From NCBI GenBank assembly GCA_002269645.1, contig NIVC01000068.1, forward strand, positions 434,001 through 498,000: a stretch of 64,000 nt of DNA, in the 5' to 3' direction. This stretch comes from Macrostomum lignano. Taxonomy: Eukaryota. A program made the translations under genes and the position numbers. The notes below the pieces were generated by a model. It was given only the letters and a program-made list of their open reading frames with translations, made no database searches and had not been told where the DNA came from. The stretch's first letter is position 1; every line of letters starts with the position of its first letter. Shown one piece after another: positions 55,723-64,000 of the stretch.

Positions 55723-56262
55723 ATGAGCTCCGCATCCTGCTTCAGCTGGGCTGCTCTGGTCTTTTTCTGCTGCTGCTGCTGCAGCGCCAGCCGAGTCAGG
55801 TCGGCCAGCATCGGTCTCGGACTGTTGAACGGCCAAACTAAGCTGACCCTGCCAGGTGACATCATCCTGGGCGGCCTGTTCCCCATTCACGAGAAGGGCC
55901 AGACCAGCGACGTCAGCCAGTGCGGCCAGATCGGCGAGAACCGCGGCATTCAACGCCTTGAAGCCATGGTGTACGCGCTGAACAAGATTAACGCCGACAA
56001 GAGCATCCTGCCGGACATTCGGCTAGGCGCTAAACTGCTAGATACGTGTTCGCGAGATACATTCGCTCTGGAGCAGAGTATGGACTTTGTCACCGATCAT
56101 TTGAGTACGTTGGACTCTGCATTTGACTACAGATGCGCCGACAGTCCCGCGGGAACTGCAGCGGCCGCCAGACGTAAAGGCCGACAGGCGGTTGCCGGGG
56201 TTATCGGGGCTGCGGACTCCTCTGTTAGCATCATGATTGCAAACATTCTGCGGCTGTTCAAG
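55723..56262 (+). CDS. GRM: Metabotropic glutamate receptor (group II/III-like), first coding exon only
   Basis: Signal peptide, then PGDIILGGLFPIH, GIQRLEAM, LLDTCSRDTFALEQS, GVIGAADSSVSIMIANILRLFK, ending at the canonical donor AAG|GTGAGA. The expected next exon (IPQISYAST...) was not found up to 64000. Confidence 0.93.
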
Positions 56263-56394
56263 GTGAGACTCTGATGAAGTGTTGAAGAGGAGACTGCTGT
56301 CACAATCTAAAGATGAGAATCTTTCTAGGTGGGAATCTAGAGATGAGAACATATTCGTGAGGATCTATAGGTGTGAATCTATATAGGTGAGAAT

Positions 56395-57610
56395 CTTTCT
56401 AGGTGAGAATCTCGGCGTGAGACTCTATGTAGGTGAGAATCTATCTAGGTGAGAATCTATCTAGGTGAGAATCTATCTAGGTGAGAATCTATCTAGGTGA
56501 GAATCTATCTAGGTGAGAATCTATAGGTGAGAATCTATCTAGGTGAGAATCTATCTAGGTGAGAATCTATAGGTGAGAATCTATCTAGGTGAGAATCTAC
56601 TTCAAAATCTAGGTGCTAATCTATCTAGGTGAGAATCTATCTAGGTGAGAATCTATAGGTGAGAATCTATCTAGGTGAGAATCTATCTTGGTGAGAATCT
56701 ATAGGTGAGAATCTATCTAGGTGAGAATCTATCTAGGTGAGAATCTATCTAGATGAGAATCTATCTAGGTGAGAATCTATCTAGGTGAGAATCTATCAGT
56801 GAGAATCTATAGGTGAGAATCTATCTTGGTGAGAATCTATAGGTGAGAATCTATCTAGGTGAGAATCTATCTAGGTGAGAATCTATCTAGGTGAGAATCT
56901 ATCTAGGTGAGAATCTATCAGTGAGAATCTATAGGTGAGAATCTATCTAGGTGAGAATCTATCTTGGTGAGAATCTATAGTTGAGAATCTATCTAGGTGA
57001 GAATCTATCTAGGTGAGAATCTATCTAGGTGAGAATCTATCAGTGAGGATCTATAGGTGATAATCTATAGGTGGGAATCTATCTAGGTGAGAATCTATCT
57101 TGGTGAGAATCTATCTAGGTGAGAATCTATCTATGTGAGAATCTATCTAGGTGAGAATCTATAGGTGAGAATCTATCTAGATGAGAATCTATCTAGGTGA
57201 GAATCTATCTAGGTGAGAATCTATCTTAGGTGAGAATCTATCTAGGTGAGAATCTATCTAGGTGAGAATCTATCTATGTGAGAATCTATCTAGGTGAGAA
57301 TCTATAGGTGAGAATCTATCTAGATGAGAATCTATCTAGGTGAGAATCTATCTAGGTGAGAATCTATCTTAGGTGAGAATCTATCTATGTGAGAATCTAT
57401 CTAGGTGAGAATCTATCTAGTTGAGAATCTATCTAGGTGAGAATCTATCTAGGTGAGAATCTATCTTAGGTGAGAATCTATCTATGTGAGAATCTATCTA
57501 GGTGAGAATCTATAGGTGAGAATCTATCTATGTGAGAATCTATATAGGTGAGAATCTATCAGTGAGGATCTATAGGTGAGGATCTATATAGGTGATAATC
57601 TATAGGTGGG
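56395..57610. repeat. 16-bp minisatellite (CTATCTAGGTGAGAAT)n with 12-bp deletion variants, mGluR intron 1
   Basis: Read directly. Confidence 0.95.
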
Positions 57611-58255
57611 AAGTAGGCTTCAAACAGAGAGAGCTCTGAGAGGACCTGATTGAGTAGATTAGATGAGCGGCCGGCTCTAAAAGGACCTGATTCAGTAGAT
57701 GAGCAATCCGCTGAGAAATCCCAATTCAAAAAATTCCGAGCTTAAGCATTCAGACCGCGTCTAAAGAATTTAGGGAAAATTCGAATCAGTATTCAACTCG
57801 AAAGCTTTTAATTCCCCAGTTAAATCACATTTATGAGTAAGAATCTTTCAGAGTGAACTTATAGGTTTAATACGAAAAAAATTGGCAAAGTCTTAATAAA
57901 AGTTTTCGGAACTATAGAAAAAGTAACACCCATATTATTGACCTAGGCCTGGGCAGTGCTGCATCTGCACTGCGGAAGGAAACTGTGTTGCTAACTGCCA
58001 AATATTGATTTTTGCAGACTCACAGCTAACACCCTGCATGGCCCGTCTGTTTGCCGTTCTAAAAGCCCCCCCCCAGCAGCCCCGAGCTCCTCCCGTGCGG
58101 TGGATGCCTTCTATCGGCAACCAGGCACTTCTCACCTGCTCACCTGCACAGCTGCCCGCCCAGTCAAGATAGTCAGGCAATAAATTTTACACTACTAATT
58201 ATAAGGCGATTAATGTACCCTGTACACATTGAAAAGTTCAAAGTTTATCCTTTAA

Positions 58256-58793
58256 GGGAGAGAGAGGGAGAGAGAGGGAGAGGGAGGGAGAGAGAGGTAG
58301 AGGAGGGAGAGAGAGGGAAAGAGAGGGAGAGGGGAGAGAGAGGGAGAGGGGAGAGAGAGGGAGAGGGGAGAGAGAGGGAGAGGGGAGAGAGAGGGAGAGG
58401 GGAGAGAGAGGGAGAGAGAGGGAGAGAGAGGGAGAGGGAGAGAGAGGGAGAGAGAGAGGGGAAAGAGAGGGAGAGGGGAGAGAGAGGGAGAGAGAGGGGA
58501 GAGAGAGGGAGAGAGAGGGAGAGGGAGAGAGAGGGAGAGAGAGAGGGAAAGAGAGGGAGAGGGAGAGAGAGGGAGAGAGAGGGAGAGGGAGGGAAAGAGA
58601 GGGAGAGGGAGAGAGGGAGAGAGAGGGAAAGAGAGGGAGAAGGAGAGAGAGGGAGAGAGAGGGAGAAAGAGGGAGAGGGGAGAGAGGGAGAGAGAGGGAG
58701 AGAGGGAGAGAGAGGGGAGAGAGGGAGAGAGAGGGGGAGAGAGGGAGAGAGAGGGAAAGAGGGAGAGGGGGAGAGAGGGAGAGAAGGAGAGGA
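58256..58793. repeat. Polypurine (GA/GGGA) tract
   Basis: Read directly. Source of the spurious ERG and LSLP ORFs. Confidence 0.95.
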
Positions 58794-59329
58794 GAGTGCA
58801 GGAAAAGCGGACAGCTGATGCATACTAAAGAGACGTGGGCGATCTCACAGACAGATCAAACACAAGCGACAGAAGACAAACAAGAGCCCATACGGGATGG
58901 CAGTGTACAAGCATTCGTACCAGAAAGCTATCGTGGTTATATCCGGCAGTTCTCCCAGAAACAGACCAGGCCTTTAAACTGCGTGCCATCCTTTGCAAAC
59001 AAAAGAAATCTTTCAATTCCCCCCTTTCATCCTTGAGAAGAGAGGTTTCGTGTCTTTCATGGACGAGTTGCTTTCAGACTCACTGTTCTCAAATGATTGT
59101 CGGAAATTCTGGCTGACGTGATCTTCCTTTGGAAAGCCCGCCCAGATTAGGATGGGGGGAGAGTTGGTGAAAAGTCGGGAAATTTATCCCAGGAAATCAA
59201 GGCAGTTTAGCATCTGCTTCGACAGCGCCATTGCGATTAAACACATCTAAATGAGAGCCTGTCTGCAGAGTATTGAGATGTCCGCATCTTGTAAATTGAT
59301 GCGAAATTGAGTCAGGTAGGTCGATCTGC

Positions 59330-59600
59330 ATCAATCCACGCCTATCCATATCCAATATCCAATATCAGCCCAAATCCAATCAAACTCAAACATATGACTT
59401 TACATTAATTTGTATCAATCCACATCAATCCACATCAATCCAAATCAATCTACGTGAATCCAAATCGATTCATATCAATCCACATCAATCCACATCAACC
59501 GAAATGAATAACAGTCAATTCATATTAACACAGAAAAGCCACATTAGTTAGTTCATATCAATCCACGTTAAGCCACAGCAATCCATATCAATACAGTTCA
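59330..59600. repeat. Degenerate 10-bp repeats (AATCCACATC)
   Basis: Recurrent ATCAATCCAC units. Confidence 0.65.
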
Positions 59601-60444
59601 ATATCCAAGGTTCACTTCACAATGTCAGCTCTAACCCTCTGCCGCATAGTATGTACACAGATATCAATAGATAAGAACGCGGCGCGTGGGGTGGTTGAGA
59701 TATCAATAGATAAGAGCGCGGCGCGTGGGGTGGTTGTCGGGCACGCACACCGCAGCCAATCAGAGTCGAGCAACAGAGGACAGGCAGGTCTAAAAGGGAG
59801 AGAGATAGTGAAATTGAACGAGAAACAAGAGACGATCAGGCAGTGCCAAAACATCAAAATTAGAGCCGCGAATTTCACAGCTAAACGCAATGCATTCTTT
59901 CCTACCCTCTCTGGGGCAAAATAATGCCAAAAAGCACGAGAAAGCATCGAGGCGTTAGAGATTCTCAGTCCCTGAGGGGGAGTAGAGAAGATTCAGCAAA
60001 TTATATTGGGCTAGTTCGGCACGGTTAATTGTATTATGCAGAATCAGGTCATCACTCTATCGCCGCCAACCTTGGACTTCTGATTCGTGTCGATCTGTAT
60101 GTATTGTAATGCTCGACTGGAGACAGCCAGCTAATCAATATCGCCTGCATAGCAGTATATTCATTGCAATGTGCAACTTTTTGAACACAAGTGACGAATG
60201 AGGATGAGGAATGAGGAGGCTGTGGGAGAGAGAGTCAAGCTGAGATGAGCTATGTTTGGCCTGAAAAACAATTAATTATGAATTGTTTTTTGGTTAGCTA
60301 GCAAATCACAATATACTAAGTATAATACTATATGCAAATTGATAGAAAGCATGAATATGCATTTTTTGCAGCGGTTGGAAGCTGGGTAGAACGCCGAGAC
60401 TGACTCAATGGATGCTTGAAGGGAGTCTTTTGGATGAGGTGTTG

Positions 60445-61570
60445 GAGAGTGATAGTGATGATAATGATGATAGTGATGATAGTGATGGATAGTGATGGAA
60501 AGTGATGGATAGTGATGATAGTGATGGATAGTGATGATAGTGATGATAGTGATGATAGTGATAGATAGTGATGGATAGTGATGATAGTGATGGATAGTGA
60601 TGGATAGTGATGGATAGTGATTGATAGTGATGGATAGTGATGGATAGTGATGGAAAGTGATGGATAGTGATGATAGTGATGGATAGTGATGGAAAGTGAT
60701 GGATAGTGATGGATAGTGATTGATAGTGATGGATAGTGATGGATAGTGATGGAAAGTGATGGATAGTGATGATAGTGATGGATAGTGATGGATAGTGATG
60801 ATAGTGATGGATAGTGATAGATAGTGATGGAAAGTGATGGATAGTGATGATAGTGATGGATAGTGATGATAGTGATGATAGTGATGATAGTGATAGATAG
60901 TGATGGATAGTGATGATAGTGATGGATAGTGATGGAAAGTGATGGATAGTGATGGATAGTGATTGATAGTGATGGATAGTGATGGATAGTGATGGAAAGT
61001 AATGGATAGTGATGATAGTGATGGATAGTGATGGATAGTGATGATAGTGATGGATAGTGATGGAAAGTGATGGATAGTGATGGATAGTGATGGATAGTGA
61101 TGGATAGTGATGGATAGTGATGGAAAGTGATGGATAGTGATGGATAATGATGGAAAGTGATGGATAGTGATGATAGTGATGGATAGTGATGATAGTGATG
61201 GATAGTGATGGAAAGTGATGGATAGTGATGGATAGTGATGGATAGTGATGGAAAGTGATGGATAGTGATGATAGTGATGGATAGTGATGATAGTGATGGA
61301 TAGTGATGGAAAGTGATGGATAGTGATGGATAGTGATGATAGTGATGGATAGTGATGGAAAGTGATGGATAGTGATGATAGTGATGGATAGTGATGGAAA
61401 GTGATGGATAGTGATGGAAAGTGATGGATAGTGATGATAGTGATGGATAGTGGTGGATAGTGATGATAATGATGATAGTGATGGATAGTGATGGATAGTG
61501 ATGGATAGTGATGGATAGTGATGGATAGTGATGGATAGTGATGGATAGTGATGGATAGTGATGGATAGTG
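60445..61570. repeat. 9/10-bp satellite (GATAGTGAT[G])n
   Basis: Read directly. Confidence 0.95.
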
Positions 61571-63175
61571 TCAGATTGTGACGGATAGTGACAGATTGTG
61601 ATGGATAGTGTCAGATTGTGATGGATAGTGTCAGATTGTGATGGAAAGTGACAGATTGTGATGGATAGTGACAGATTGTGAAGGATAGTGTCAGATTGTG
61701 ATGGATAGTGACAGATTGTGATGGATAGTGACAGATTGTGATGGATAGTGACAGATTGTGATGGAAAGTGACAGATTGTGATGGAAAGTGACAGATTGTG
61801 ATGGATAGTGACAGATTGTGATGGAAAGTGACAGATTGTGATGGATAGTGACAGATTGTGATGGAAAGTGACAGATTGTGATGGATAGTGACAGATAGTG
61901 ACAGATAGTGATGGATAGTGACAGATTGTGATGGATAGTGACAGATTGTGATGGAAAGTGACAGATTGTGATGGATAGTGACAGATTGTGATGGAAAGTG
62001 ACAGATTGTGATGGATAGTGACAGATAGTGACAGATAGTGATGGATAGTGACAGATTGTGATGGATAGTGACAGATTGTGATGGAAAGTGACAGATTGTG
62101 ATGGAAAGTGACAGATTGTGATGGATAGTGACAGATTGTGATGGATAGTGTCAGATTGTGATGGATAGTGACAGATTGTGATGGATAGTGACAGATTGTG
62201 ATGGATAGTGACAGATTGTGATGGATAGTGACAGATTGTGATGGATAGTGACAGATGTGATGGATAGTGTCAGATTGTGATGGATAGTGTCAGATTGTGA
62301 CGGATAGTGACAGATAGTGACAGATAGTGACAGATTATGATGGATAGTGTCAGATTGTGATGGATAGGGACAGATTGTGATGGATAGTGACAGATTGTGA
62401 TGGATAGTGACAGATTGTGATGGAAAGTGACAGATTGTGATGGATAGGGACAGATTGTGATAGATAGTGACAGATTGTGATAGTGACAGATAGTGATTGT
62501 GACAGATTGTGACAGATTGTGATGGATAGTGACAGATTGTGATGGAAAGTGACAGATTGTGATGGATAGTGACAGATTGTGATGGATAGTGTCAGATTGT
62601 GATGGATAGTGACAGATTGTGATGGATAGTGACAGATTGTGATGGATAGTGACAGATTGTGATGGATAGTGACAGATGTGATGGATAGTGTCAGATTGTG
62701 ATGGATAGTGTCAGATTGTGATAGTGACAGATAGTGACAGATAGTGACAGATTATGATGGATAGTGTCAGATTGTGATGGACAGTGACAGATAGTGATAG
62801 TGACAGATTGTGACAGATTGTGATGGATAGTGTCAGATTGTGATGGATAGTGACAGATTGTGATGGATAGTGTCAGATTGTGATGGATAGTGTCAGATTG
62901 TGATGGACAGTGACAGATAGTGATAGTGACAGATTGTGACGGATAGTGACAGATTGTGATGGAAAGTGACAGATTGTGATGGATAGTGACAGATTGTGAT
63001 GGATAGTGACAGATTGTGATGGAAAGTGACAGATTGTGATGGATAGTGACAGATTGTGATGGATAGTGACAGATTGTGATGGAAAGTGACAGATTGTGAT
63101 GGACAGTGACAGATTGTGATGGAAAGTGCCAGATTGTGATGGAAAGTGACAGGTTGTGATGGATAGTGACAGATG
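61571..63175. repeat. 20-bp satellite (GATGGATAGTGACAGATTGT)n
   Basis: Read directly; abuts the 10-bp array. Confidence 0.95.
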
Positions 63176-63774
63176 CTTATCACAGTAAACAGTTGCTGAG
63201 TAAAGTGAAGTACACATAGCACTATATTCTAATAGCAGTAATACTTCTTGCCAAACTGCATAGCAGATCTAGCAATGCATAACAGTTACACAGGCTCCAC
63301 AGCTTGAGCATGCAGGTAATCGGGCCTAAGTCTACATCCGCAAAGTCGATGTTCAGCCATTGTTCAGGGTGTCGGATTCCCTACGCGGGCAGGTGTACCT
63401 CTGGGTGAAAGTCGATCCAAGTCACCTGACTGCGTGCATCGTTGGTCGCTTATTTATTCATGTCGTCACTGCCACTCCGCCTCTCTTGTCAGTGAAACTT
63501 CCTCTAACCCAGGTGCCTTATATTTTGTCGCGCAGTAACTGAAAAAGGGTTTTGTAAGGATCAAAGGCAATATTGTGAAGCACTAGTTAAGGCGAAATTC
63601 GTTTGCGCCTTTGTCACTGGGAGCATCTTGTGCTCTCAAATGGTTCACTAAACTCTGTGATCTTCTGTGCACTGCTTGTCCGTCTTTAGTTCTAAAACCT
63701 AAATTTAGTCTAAGTTTTATTTTTTACTCAGTTCACACGGAGCCAATTTTAACTTAATGATAAGGAATAAAAAC

Positions 63775-63990
63775 ACAGGTTGACCCACTTTTAGACAGGG
63801 TAGGTTGACCCACTTTTAGACAGGGTAGGTTGACCCACTTTTAGACAGGGTAGGTTGACCCACTTTTAGACAGGGTAGGTTGACCCACTTTTAGACAGGG
63901 TAGGTTAGGTTGACCCACTTCAAGACAGGGTCGGTTGACCCACTTTTAGACAGGGTAGGTTAGGTTGACCCACTTCAAGATTGGATAGGT
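63775..63990. repeat. 25-bp minisatellite (GACAGGGTAGGTTGACCCACTTTTA)n
   Basis: About 8 units, running to near the window end. Confidence 0.9.
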
Positions 63991-64000
63991 CCACTTCAAG

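Overview
Eukaryotic (metazoan) genomic DNA with GT-AG introns and very dense micro- and minisatellites. The HMGB sequence, poly-Q-rich exons and repeat landscape suggest a flatworm such as Macrostomum (inference, not verified). I could assemble six protein-coding genes by hand: (1) a minus-strand GH35 beta-galactosidase-like type II membrane protein (8 exons, 17525->10264) that keeps both catalytic Glu but has most galactose-binding residues replaced, four by His; (2) head-to-head with it, a complete 14-exon, 755-aa GABA-B-like class C GPCR (18977-29885) lacking most GABA-contact residues and the C-terminal coiled coil; (3) TFAP4/cropped bHLH (minus, 3 exons); (4) HMGB (2 coding exons); (5) a single-exon secreted atypical Kazal-like pro-protein; (6) exon 1 of a metabotropic glutamate receptor whose later exons I could not find in the window. 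Mobile DNA includes a 7.3-kb inverted-repeat-bounded segment between (GACA)n tracts that carries a 238-bp satellite, four tRNA-derived CORE-like SINEs, RTE LINEs (one with a 20-bp TSD), a young RNase H-containing Loa/R1-type LINE plus a related 3' fragment nested in the RTE, Tc1 and Penelope remnants, and hairpin and hAT MITEs. Most long ORFs in the supplied track are artefacts of tandem repeats. There is no rRNA, genuine tRNA or CRISPR array. Coordinates were read by hand; repeat boundaries are approximate and reference residue numbers are from memory.
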